Of a stretch of DNA of 22,681 nucleotides, positions 14,926 to 22,681 are shown piece by piece. The notes under the pieces are model-generated. The model did not search any database and had not been told where the DNA came from. It was given only the letters and a program-made list of their open reading frames with translations. Location of the stretch: the NCBI GenBank assembly GCA_037481775.1, contig JBBFKZ010000007.1, positions 55,958 to 78,638 on the forward strand. The letters run 5' to 3'. The translations under genes and the position numbers were made by a program. The stretch comes from Candidatus Bathyarchaeia archaeon (lineage in GTDB: Archaea > Thermoproteota > Bathyarchaeia > Bathyarchaeales > Bathycorpusculaceae). Position 1 is the first letter of the stretch, and each line of letters starts with the position of its first letter.

Positions 14926-17613
14926 TCACGGTCGCTTTCTAAGTAGTAAAACGCCTATGATAACAATCACCGCGATTATTGCAATGGTTGAAATAGCGAA
15001 ATAGGTTTCGATCGGCGCCTGCGCCTGCGGTGTCGGCGTAGCCGGAGCTGGCGGAGTTTCTTCCACGAATACTGCGGTTTCTGCGTGTGATGGCCAGTAG
15101 CTCTTGGAGCCTGCAAACCTAGCGATAACAGTGTACTTACCTGGTACTGGCGGATCAAATGCTAAGCTGAAGAATCCATTCGCGTCGCTTGTTGTTCTGC
15201 CTACCTCGTAATAGTTGCCGTTCGGATCGAGCACCTCAACGATAACCTCAACTCCCTTAACATCAACCGGCTTAGGCTTCTGCATATACACATACTCCAT
15301 CCAAGCACTCATACTTTCGTCCGCTACGGCGGGCACACCGTTGGGGAAGCGCGATGCTTGCTCATGTTGTCTTGTGCCTGGAGAGATGTCAGTCACTGTG
15401 CCTTTTACCAAGACTTTCTGTCCGAAGGGTACAACGTCATCGGTGATTGTAGCCGTCATTTCGCTCGGACCTTTGCCCACGGAATACACTTTGTGATCAT
15501 AGTTGTTCCAGTAAATTAGGATTCCATCTGCAATGGCCATTGTACCAGGATGAGCCCAACCCATCATACTCCACACTTCTTCACCAGTGTCAACATCGAA
15601 ACATCGAACTTTGGCGCCTTTCAAGAGCGGCGTGTCTGCTGAGTGCTCATGTGTTCCAATGTAGATTTTTCTGTCAGCAGTTACACCATGGAAGAGTGTA
15701 TAGTACTCAAAGATTTCTCCACCTGTCGGTGCTTCCTGTTTCCATAAGAGAGTGCCATTGTAGAGGTCATAGCAGAAGACTGCACCGGTGTAGCCTGTAG
15801 TAAAGAATTTGCCATACGCAATCGCAGTTCCATAAACATTCATCAGACTAACCCATGTGAAGTAGCCGAATGGATTGAAGTCAGCTTGCGGTTCACTTTC
15901 CCACAATTTTTCTCCAGTATGCATGTCGTAGGCAATGAACGTTAAAGTCGGCATATGCTGCATGATAAATACGCCATCTCCGGCACGTATGAATATGTAC
16001 TGTGAGCCATCATTCTTTGTCATGGTGAATTCTTTTATCCATAACAAACGACCCTCTTCGCCTTTCTTCAGACTTATCGCCCAAAGCGTGCTTTTTTCGA
16101 CGTTATGATATGTGACCGCGCCTGTGCCTGCCGTAGGTAACGTGCCATTACTGCCCAATAGGACATCTCCATATACGAGGCCGCGGATTGTGGGGGCTGT
16201 TGTGAAAGATACGCCTAAGGATACATTGAAATCCCATGTGTTTATTGGCGGAACATTGGGTGCAGTAGTTTGGTATTGCACAAGAGCGTCGAGACTAGCG
16301 TTTCTGATTCCTGAAGTTTGTGACTGCAGAACCTTCGAGGAGTTCCACTGATAAAGCCGCCAGTTAGGATTAGCTGAGGTACCGTCATTCCGTATGATGT
16401 AGCGCAAAACCTCGCCTTTAGGCCCTATCACGCTGGGGCCCTGCGGAACGTTTGTTATGTTAAACGGCGCGGTAGTTCCATATCTCGGATGGATAGGAAT
16501 CCAGTAGTAGTTAGGATTTTGAGCTGTGCCCATGTTAACCTCCGCAAATATCCAGCCAGGTGGCATGACACCGTGGTCATTCATGGTGTCCCAGTCGTAG
16601 TAATAGCCAAAAGACGGCCTAACACTCATCGTATCATTACGCCAGACTTCCTCGCCGGTACGCAAGTCAACGCACACCCAATCACCACCAGTTCCAGCCC
16701 AATAGATGGGCTCTTCGTAGAGCAAGCGTCCATGCATGATTATTTGCGTCTGGAATCTTGTCTGGTATTGATGGCCAGCATTGAATACTTCGCCAGGCGA
16801 GGAGAAATATTGGTCTCCTCCGACTACGCCGCCATCTTCAGTAGGTTTAGTCCATAATATGTGGCCAGTTTCTGGCCCAATACCTTCTGTTTGGAACCTG
16901 TTCTGTGTACTTCCGTAGTCTTTGTCATGCGCGCTGTTAAGCCAGTTTGAGGATATTGCGCCCCACGCGTCGTTTTGCCCCTCTATTGGGCGTGTCCAGT
17001 ATTCGGTTGGTAATGGATATGCCCTTACAGCCGTTGGGTAGACAGGTTCTTCCTGCACAGTTATCACGTAAGTTCGGTTGCTTGACAGCAAAGTGACGCC
17101 GTAATAGTTTCTTGCCTCACTAAAGTCCCAGCGCCAATAAAGTTCCTGGAAGATAATGTTAAATGTGTAATTTCCAGTCATAGTAGGCGTGTAGAAAGTG
17201 AATGTTGTACCTGTAGAGTCTGACTTGTAGGTGCCGCTTGCCGGCAAAGTTTCCTTAACTCCATCAGGTCTTGTTACTTCTAGCTTATACTCGTAACGGA
17301 TGTCGTTTGTGTCTTGTGCTTGATATGGCACCTGCGGGTTAAACATGACGATGCTAATTCTTTGACCTACACCTACAGGGTTAGGTGTGAGAACACCATA
17401 CACCCACGTTGGAACCTTGTCGTGATAGCGGTACCACATAAGTAGTCTAATGGCTGACGCATTATATGGCAAATCCCAGTGCATTCCCTCGTTAATAGCT
17501 GCCTGTGTTGCAGAGTCATACGCGCAAATCCCTTGTGGTATCAAAGAAACAACCAACGCTGAAACTAGTAGCAAAGTAATAACAATGGCGTTTAGCTTTT
17601 TTGCAAACTGCAT
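14926..17613 (-). CDS. Secreted, C-terminally anchored PQQ-like beta-propeller repeat protein with Ig-like flanking domains (895 aa)
   Basis: Signal peptide; blade motifs VDLRTGEEVW, YDMHTGEKLW, YDLYNGTLLW, FDVDTGEEVW; PT linker, TM helix and RKRP tail; AAGGAGG SD. Confidence 0.88.
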   Translation of the reverse strand: MQFAKKLNAIVITLLLVSALVVSLIPQGICAYDSATQAAINEGMHWDLPYNASAIRLLMWYRYHDKVPTWVYGVLTPNPVGVGQRISIVMFNPQVPYQAQDTNDIRYEYKLEVTRPDGVKETLPASGTYKSDSTGTTFTFYTPTMTGNYTFNIIFQELYWRWDFSEARNYYGVTLLSSNRTYVITVQEEPVYPTAVRAYPLPTEYWTRPIEGQNDAWGAISSNWLNSAHDKDYGSTQNRFQTEGIGPETGHILWTKPTEDGGVVGGDQYFSSPGEVFNAGHQYQTRFQTQIIMHGRLLYEEPIYWAGTGGDWVCVDLRTGEEVWRNDTMSVRPSFGYYYDWDTMNDHGVMPPGWIFAEVNMGTAQNPNYYWIPIHPRYGTTAPFNITNVPQGPSVIGPKGEVLRYIIRNDGTSANPNWRLYQWNSSKVLQSQTSGIRNASLDALVQYQTTAPNVPPINTWDFNVSLGVSFTTAPTIRGLVYGDVLLGSNGTLPTAGTGAVTYHNVEKSTLWAISLKKGEEGRLLWIKEFTMTKNDGSQYIFIRAGDGVFIMQHMPTLTFIAYDMHTGEKLWESEPQADFNPFGYFTWVSLMNVYGTAIAYGKFFTTGYTGAVFCYDLYNGTLLWKQEAPTGGEIFEYYTLFHGVTADRKIYIGTHEHSADTPLLKGAKVRCFDVDTGEEVWSMMGWAHPGTMAIADGILIYWNNYDHKVYSVGKGPSEMTATITDDVVPFGQKVLVKGTVTDISPGTRQHEQASRFPNGVPAVADESMSAWMEYVYMQKPKPVDVKGVEVIVEVLDPNGNYYEVGRTTSDANGFFSLAFDPPVPGKYTVIARFAGSKSYWPSHAETAVFVEETPPAPATPTPQAQAPIETYFAISTIAIIAVIVIIGVLLLRKRP

Positions 17614-17637
17614 TTTTCCTTTCCTCCTTGATTATAT

Positions 17638-17653
17638 TGCGCGTAAACGCGCA
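17638..17653. promoter_or_regulatory. Inverted repeat TGCGCGT-AA-ACGCGCA in the divergent propeller/TrmB promoter region
   Basis: 7-2-7 dyad between the minus-strand TATA-like element (~17678-17687) and the SD; operator or 5'-UTR hairpin. Confidence 0.4.
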
Positions 17654-17735
17654 CGCCTAATTCACTTAAAAAAAGGGATAAATATCTTTGTTTATAGTAA
17701 AAATACAGACAAAATACACCAAAAGAGCGGGTTAA

Positions 17736-18542
17736 ATGGCGCGGGAAATTTCAAGAGATAAATTTTTAAGAGATTTAGGGCTCACGGTTAACCAAGCAAA
17801 AGTGTATTTGGCCCTTTTAGATCAAGGGCCAGCTAAAGTAAGGGCGATAACGAAAACCGCCAAAATTTCCCGCCCAAACGTGTACGTAATACTTGAAAGG
17901 CTTCAACAGCTTGGAATAATCGAAGAATTAGTGACTAAACCCATCAGCTATAGGGCAGTGCCACTTAAAGATGCAGTGGCCCTGCTTATGGAAGCTAGAA
18001 CACTCGAATATGAAAAAGCAAAAGCAGCTGTTGAAATAATGCATACCCTCGCGCAGTCCAAGCAGGAAAAACCAACGAAGGAGCTGGAGGCGGAGTTCAT
18101 TTTGATCCCGGCAGGAAAAACAGTGATTAACAAAATAGCCGCAGCCATAAACGCAGCGGACGAATCCATTGACTTTGTTGTCTCATGGAGAAGGCTCGTT
18201 CAAGGAGTAACAGCAGTATTCGCGGAAAGTCTTGAAGAAGCGGCCAGAAAAAAAGTTAAAATCCGCGCCATCGTGGAAAGGCCGCTCAAAAGCGAATTCA
18301 ACAATAAAGTGTTTTTCATCATTCAGCAAAAAACAAGCTGCAGCATCAGGTTTCTCCCACGGCCGCCTAGCGCTGTCTTTGGCTTATATGACAAGAAAGA
18401 GGTTTTTATCATAACGATGCCCGATGCAGATCTTCGAAGCTCGCCTGCACTCTGGTCCAACAACAAACCTTTAATAACGCTAGTTTCAGAATATTTTGAA
18501 ACCCTGTGGGAAAAGGCATCAGATCAATCTGTACTCTCCTAA
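17736..18542 (+). CDS. TrmB family transcriptional regulator
   Basis: LGLTVNQAKVYLALL...ISRPNVYVILERLQQLGII...KPISYRAVP wHTH; C-terminal effector domain with AARKKVKIRAI, LYDKKEV, YFETLW. Confidence 0.93.
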   Translation: MAREISRDKFLRDLGLTVNQAKVYLALLDQGPAKVRAITKTAKISRPNVYVILERLQQLGIIEELVTKPISYRAVPLKDAVALLMEARTLEYEKAKAAVEIMHTLAQSKQEKPTKELEAEFILIPAGKTVINKIAAAINAADESIDFVVSWRRLVQGVTAVFAESLEEAARKKVKIRAIVERPLKSEFNNKVFFIIQQKTSCSIRFLPRPPSAVFGLYDKKEVFIITMPDADLRSSPALWSNNKPLITLVSEYFETLWEKASDQSVLS

Positions 18543-19334
18543 AGGCGATCCTGCTTTGGCACATTCAACATCTTTAAATAACAAGGCAGCTTTATTATCT
18601 CAAACATAGACTGCATCAATAATATTCAAGCAAAAGGTAAATTGGTGCCCCTTCTGCAATGATTTTGTGGCAAAAGCAGGACGTATTCCAGAACTGGTTT
18701 CGCTTAAAATAATTCTAATTAGCGAGAATAAGTATGAGACACTTCGAGTCTTTTGTGAAGTTTTTGTAAGCTTGAAAGGCAGCTGGGCTTCTCAAGCATA
18801 GGTGCTTTTTAACATCTATTCTATAAAATTCTTTAGCAAATTCCTCTGTATTGCACGACAATTTCCAGCGGTCTATCTTCTGCTAATGTCCTGTGAAGTG
18901 CATTAGCGAAAAATGGGGCTATCAGCATTCGTTAGTAGCTGTTGAGTGAATGGTTGAAATATCCGTTAAAATTTAGAATGGCATGAAATGATTTTGGATA
19001 TTGCGAGTGCTTGCTGAAAACTACTTTTTGGGGGGCAGTCATAGTAGTTTCCTGTCAATGAGAAGAGGCATTTTCGTTCTGGAGGGAGCCTGCACGCAAC
19101 CTTTTCGTCCGGATGTCTTTGCAGTGCTCCAGAAGCATAGGCAACTTTTAGGGATAGCCATCTGCAAAGCTATTTTTACGCGTGAGGTTCTCTGGCATCG
19201 TTCTTGCTCCATTTTGCTTGCTGAATTTGCAGTTGTTCGTTCTTTGTTAGGGACTTGTTGCTTTGCTCACTATTTTGCTTGTGAGCGGGGTTGCCGCTGA
19301 AGCGCGCTCGTGGTTTTAGGGGCTTTTTCTGTGA

Positions 19335-19428
19335 CGCATTAGCTGTAGCCGCTGCAAATGTTTCCAGTGTTAGATCAGAGCAAGATTTTAGCGAGATTTA
19401 TAAGCTTTGCTTAGCTATACGCGTTGAA
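19335..19428 (+). repeat. Diverged direct repeat of 13422-13518 (tRNA-Leu 3' end and integrase start)
   Basis: 13441-13493 vs 19354-19406 match at 43/53 positions ungapped (manual count), including exact AGATTTTAGCGAGAT. CGCATT recurs at the same offset and GCGTTGAA follows both. Confidence 0.8.
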
Positions 19429-19489
19429 AATAGACCTTAAACCTTATTAATTTGGTACTTAAGCACTTAAGAAGAAAACTAGGGGAAAC

Positions 19490-19882
19490 ATGGTGAGAAC
19501 GGAGAGAATACGGATTGTCGCTGACTCAGGCGTTTTTGTGGAATGCGAGTTATACCTTGATGTGGCGCCTAAAACTGTTGGCGCTGTGCTGAAAGCGCTG
19601 CCCTTCAAATCCAGAGCAAATTTCTGGGGGCAGGAACTGTATTTCTCAGTGCCTTTTGTGGCTGGCTATGAAAACGCTAAAGATTTGGTAGCCGTGGGTG
19701 ATGTGGCTTACTGGCCAGAGGGCCCAGCTCTGTGCCTATTTTATGGGCCGACGCCACTTAGCGTGTCGTCTGAGGTTATAAAACCTTATAGCCCCGTAAA
19801 CGTTGTCGGCAAAGTGCTTGGTAACCCTAAAATTCTTGCGCAGATCGAAGAAAATGAAGAGCTTAAAGTGGAAAAAGGTTGA
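19490..19882 (+). CDS. Cyclophilin-like fold protein (TM1367/DUF369-like)
   Basis: APKTV..LKALPF, WGQELYF, VGDVAYWPEGPALCLFYGPTP, SPVNVVGKV. Confidence 0.88.
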   Translation: MVRTERIRIVADSGVFVECELYLDVAPKTVGAVLKALPFKSRANFWGQELYFSVPFVAGYENAKDLVAVGDVAYWPEGPALCLFYGPTPLSVSSEVIKPYSPVNVVGKVLGNPKILAQIEENEELKVEKG

Positions 19883-19934
19883 ATAGTGCTCGGTGCCTAT
19901 AGCTTATGATAAAGCGTGTAGCTTCCTTTGTTTT

Positions 19935-21051
19935 CTATAGCAGAATGCTCAGTGTTATTAGGGCGGCGGTTGCAGTGGCAAGTGCAATCCAAGCGGTTTT
20001 GTTCCATGATAGTATCTTTCTTCCATCCCACACGAAGCCGCCCGCCGCTTGCAGCGGAATCAAGTTGAAGATGACGATTAAGAGGTTGGTCGCGTAGCCC
20101 ACTCTCGCCGCATCCAATAACAAGCTGTCTACTGTAAATTTTGGTATTGCCAAGAACATAAAACCGAGAATTAGACTGACAAGCGGGCCAATGGCGAAAA
20201 AGATGCCCGTTTTATCCTTTTGCGGGGCATACTTCCAATCGAGCTGTTTCAGGTATGTTGAGCCGTAGGCCGGGAAGAAGCCGCCTGCCAACGCTAAAAG
20301 CCAGCTGAAAAGGATCCCTGAACCCCATGCTTTGAATTCTGTTGCAAGCCCAAGCTTGCGCGCCACAAGCTTCTGAGCAAACTCGTGGGCTATGAGGGAT
20401 ATAGCTACGACCGCGAGCACTGCTGGCATGAGAGCGAAGGGACCTTGACCGCGCAGTATTTGTATCCACCACACTATGGATACACCCAGTATGGCAGCTA
20501 GCCAATGCCACACGCCGCTTGTTGGCCGTGGCGCATCTGAGCTCTTGTCACGCTTGAGAAAGAATGTGCCGTACCCTATGAAGTGAAACTCGACAAGCCA
20601 CAACCTTAGTAAGTCAAGTCCATAGTCTCTGAGCTGCTGTGGAATTTCGTATGGATGGAAGCCTCTGAATAAAGATGTTCCAGGAAGGTGAATTGTACCG
20701 GTCAGCTGTGGCGTAAATGACCGCGCAGCCACGTTGCTCCAGCCACGATATAGCGCCGTCTACAAGCAATTTGCCAACCGCTCTGCCCCGAAACTCCTTA
20801 GCCACAACCAAAGCGTTGATGAAGCCAGCCTGCGTAGCCTTTATGCTCTGAATCCTCATGGAAACCGCGCCGACTATCTTGCCAGCATGCTCGGCGACCA
20901 AGGTGCCGCCGCTTTGCTTCGGCGCGCTCTTCTGCGCCGCCTCAAATGAAAGCTTGAACATGATTCTATCTATGACGCCGAGGTTGCTCGCGAAGAGTTT
21001 CTCCACATATACTTTCTCAGCTGGTTGCATTTCGCGAATAAGAGCAAGCAT
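19935..21051 (-). pseudogene. GNAT acetyltransferase fused to an M50/site-2-protease-like membrane domain; frameshift at ~20667
   Basis: GNAT (LVVAKEFRGRAVG, YNSPSWNIFI) continues naturally as RGFHPYEIP in the other frame (ATT-C-AGA-GGC). C-terminal part has LIAHEFAQK, AIGPLVS, FNLIP...WDGRKI. Could be a sequencing error. Confidence 0.72.
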
Positions 21052-21128
21052 TTGCCAACGCTCCGCAATTTAGGGTTATAACTTGCTTTGAAGTTTAAAG
21101 CTTCGCTTTTTAATAGAGCTATGCAACA

Positions 21129-22016
21129 TTATTCTTGTAGTTTGATTGTTTCTTTTGCTGCTTTGATTGCTACTTCAATCATGTCGTCGCTGGGCTCTCT
21201 TGTTGTCAACCGCTGAAAGGCCAAACCAGGCAAAGTAGCGATTCGCATAAGGAGGGAATCGTGGTATCTACCGCTGAGCCTTAGCAGCTCGTAGGATATG
21301 CCGCCGATAACCGGAATCAGCAGCAGCCTGTAGGAGAGTCTTACAGCGAAGCCCCAGTCTGGCATAATCGAGAATAATATGATGCTTACGATAACCGTGA
21401 TGAAGAGGAAAGAGGTCCCGCAACGTGGATGCAGCCGCGAATAATTCTTCACGTTGGCAATGTCTAATGGCGCGCCAGCCTCGTAGGCGTTAATTGTCTT
21501 GTGTTCTGCGCCATGGTACTGCAGTACGCGCCTAAACTCGCCCCACATGCCAACCAGCACCAAGTAGACGATGAATATGGCTAGGCGGATTACAGCTTCG
21601 ACAATGTTAAAGAGCACACCTGTCAAGTTGAATAGCGAGGTTAGCAGGAAAGGCACGACGAAAAAGAAGGAAAGCAGCCCCGCAGTCAATACAGCGGCTA
21701 CGGCGAAATCTTTGTAAGTGAACTTCACGCCTTCTTCTTCGGCCACGGCATTTGCAGAGAAAAAGAGCGCCTTGAAACCAAGGTAAAGTGTCTCAAATAA
21801 AGCTACAATGCCTCTTAAAAATGGTAGGCCCAAGATTTTGTATTTTTCGCAGAGGGAGTTAATTTCTTCTATGTTTGTTAAAATCTCATTGCTTGATTTT
21901 CTAACGCACATTACCATGTGCCGGCGCGAGCGCATCATCACGCCTTCGATGAGTGCTTGGCCACCAAACGCCAGCGATTGCTCATGTTTCTTCTCAGCCG
22001 ACAGCTTTCTCACCAC
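21129..22016 (-). CDS. DUF1385 (YqhQ-like) membrane protein
   Basis: GGQALIEGVMMR, PFLRG, YHGAEHK, SRLHPRCGTSF, QRLTTREP. Confidence 0.92.
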   Translation of the reverse strand: MVRKLSAEKKHEQSLAFGGQALIEGVMMRSRRHMVMCVRKSSNEILTNIEEINSLCEKYKILGLPFLRGIVALFETLYLGFKALFFSANAVAEEEGVKFTYKDFAVAAVLTAGLLSFFFVVPFLLTSLFNLTGVLFNIVEAVIRLAIFIVYLVLVGMWGEFRRVLQYHGAEHKTINAYEAGAPLDIANVKNYSRLHPRCGTSFLFITVIVSIILFSIMPDWGFAVRLSYRLLLIPVIGGISYELLRLSGRYHDSLLMRIATLPGLAFQRLTTREPSDDMIEVAIKAAKETIKLQE

Positions 22017-22064
22017 AATTAAGTTTCAATTTAGTTTTTTAATAATATGAAATTTTCAGGCAAA

Positions 22065-22681
22065 CTACTTTTGGATTTGTTTAGCCTTGATAGCGGCAAG
22101 TTTTCCTCCTGCTTTCAGCATGCTTTTTTCGCGGTCGCTGAGGTCAAGCTCAACTTGGAACTCTTCGCCTTTCGAAATGTTTCTAATGCAGAGTTTACTT
22201 TTTAACTCGGCAAGGTTTAACTCTAAAACATCGCCTTGAGCAACACGAGTGTAGTCTTGCTTGTTCGCAAAGGTTAAGGGAACAATACCGAAATTAACTA
22301 GGTTGGCAAGATGAATTCGCGCAAATGACTTAGCGATGACCGCTTTGACGCCGAGATATTTAGGCGCTAACGCAGCATGCTCCCTTGAAGAACCCTGCCC
22401 GTAATTTTCTCCGCCAACGATGAAGCCACCGCCCTTCTTGCTTGCTCTGTCTGCGAATTGTGGCTCAACATTGCAGAATACGTATTTGCTTATCTCAGGG
22501 ATATTGCTTCTAAGCGACATAATCTCGGAGCCACCGGGCAAAATATCATCAGTTGAAACATTATCACCCAGCTTTAGCAGAACTTCGCCTGCCAGCTTAT
22601 CAGGGATCGGCGCAAAGTTGGGCAGCGGCTTGATGTTTGGGCCTCGCCTAATTTCGCCCGTAAACCGCTTCGGAGGGAAAA
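22065..22681 (-). CDS. Aconitate hydratase, C-terminal swivel domain (5' part outside the window)
   Basis: Frame open to the window edge: RRGPNIKPLP...LKLGDNVSTDDILP...RSNIP...GENYGQGSSREHAA...SFARIHLANLVNFG. The upstream linker indicates a single-chain aconitase rather than standalone LeuD. Confidence 0.88.
   Translation of the reverse strand, partial: FPPKRFTGEIRRGPNIKPLPNFAPIPDKLAGEVLLKLGDNVSTDDILPGGSEIMSLRSNIPEISKYVFCNVEPQFADRASKKGGGFIVGGENYGQGSSREHAALAPKYLGVKAVIAKSFARIHLANLVNFGIVPLTFANKQDYTRVAQGDVLELNLAELKSKLCIRNISKGEEFQVELDLSDREKSMLKAGGKLAAIKAKQIQK

Noticed and set aside
19001-19300. 99-aa plus-strand ORF
   Set aside because: TTG start, no SD, no recognisable motifs, atypical composition.
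19285-19338. Pseudo-tRNA (GCGGGGTTGCCG...CGCA)
   Set aside because: Only 54 nt, with no cloverleaf or anticodon arm; used only as weak support for the repeat finding.
383-22050. Numerous short ORFs overlapping identified genes or tRNAs
   Set aside because: Antisense or alternate-frame shadows with no independent support.
22065-22541. Standalone LeuD small subunit
   Set aside because: Frame continues to the window edge with an aconitase-type linker (RGPNIKPLP).
13426-22681. Intact att duplicate of the tRNA-Leu 3' half, implying an excisable provirus
   Set aside because: No exact GGGTTCAAATCCCAC copy seen downstream, and no capsid, replication or intact integrase genes; only an eroded echo near 19303-19340.

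Overview
Archaeal genomic window, most likely Bathyarchaeia (inferred from gene content, protein style and multi-intron tRNA). Left: a diaminopimelate-route lysine operon (dapA-dapB-aspartate kinase-asd-lysA, minus strand), an RsmB/NOP2 m5C methyltransferase, an elongator tRNA-Met with two non-canonical BHB introns, a membrane-anchored coiled-coil protein and rpiA. Middle: a split Fec/Btu-type ABC importer (dockerin-bearing binding protein, SAM methyltransferase, permease; divergent ATPase) whose 114-bp intergenic region holds two tandem NikR-like 28-bp dyads, then divergent tRNA-Thr(GGT) and tRNA-Leu(TAG). Downstream of tRNA-Leu is a decayed integrated element (frameshifted integrase fragment, second pseudogene, orphan ORF). 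Its start is repeated in diverged form 5.9 kb later, bracketing a large cell-surface beta-propeller protein and a divergent TrmB regulator. Right: a cyclophilin-like protein, a frameshifted GNAT plus M50-like membrane fusion, a DUF1385 protein and the 3' end of an aconitase. All calls are from manual reading; no searches were run.
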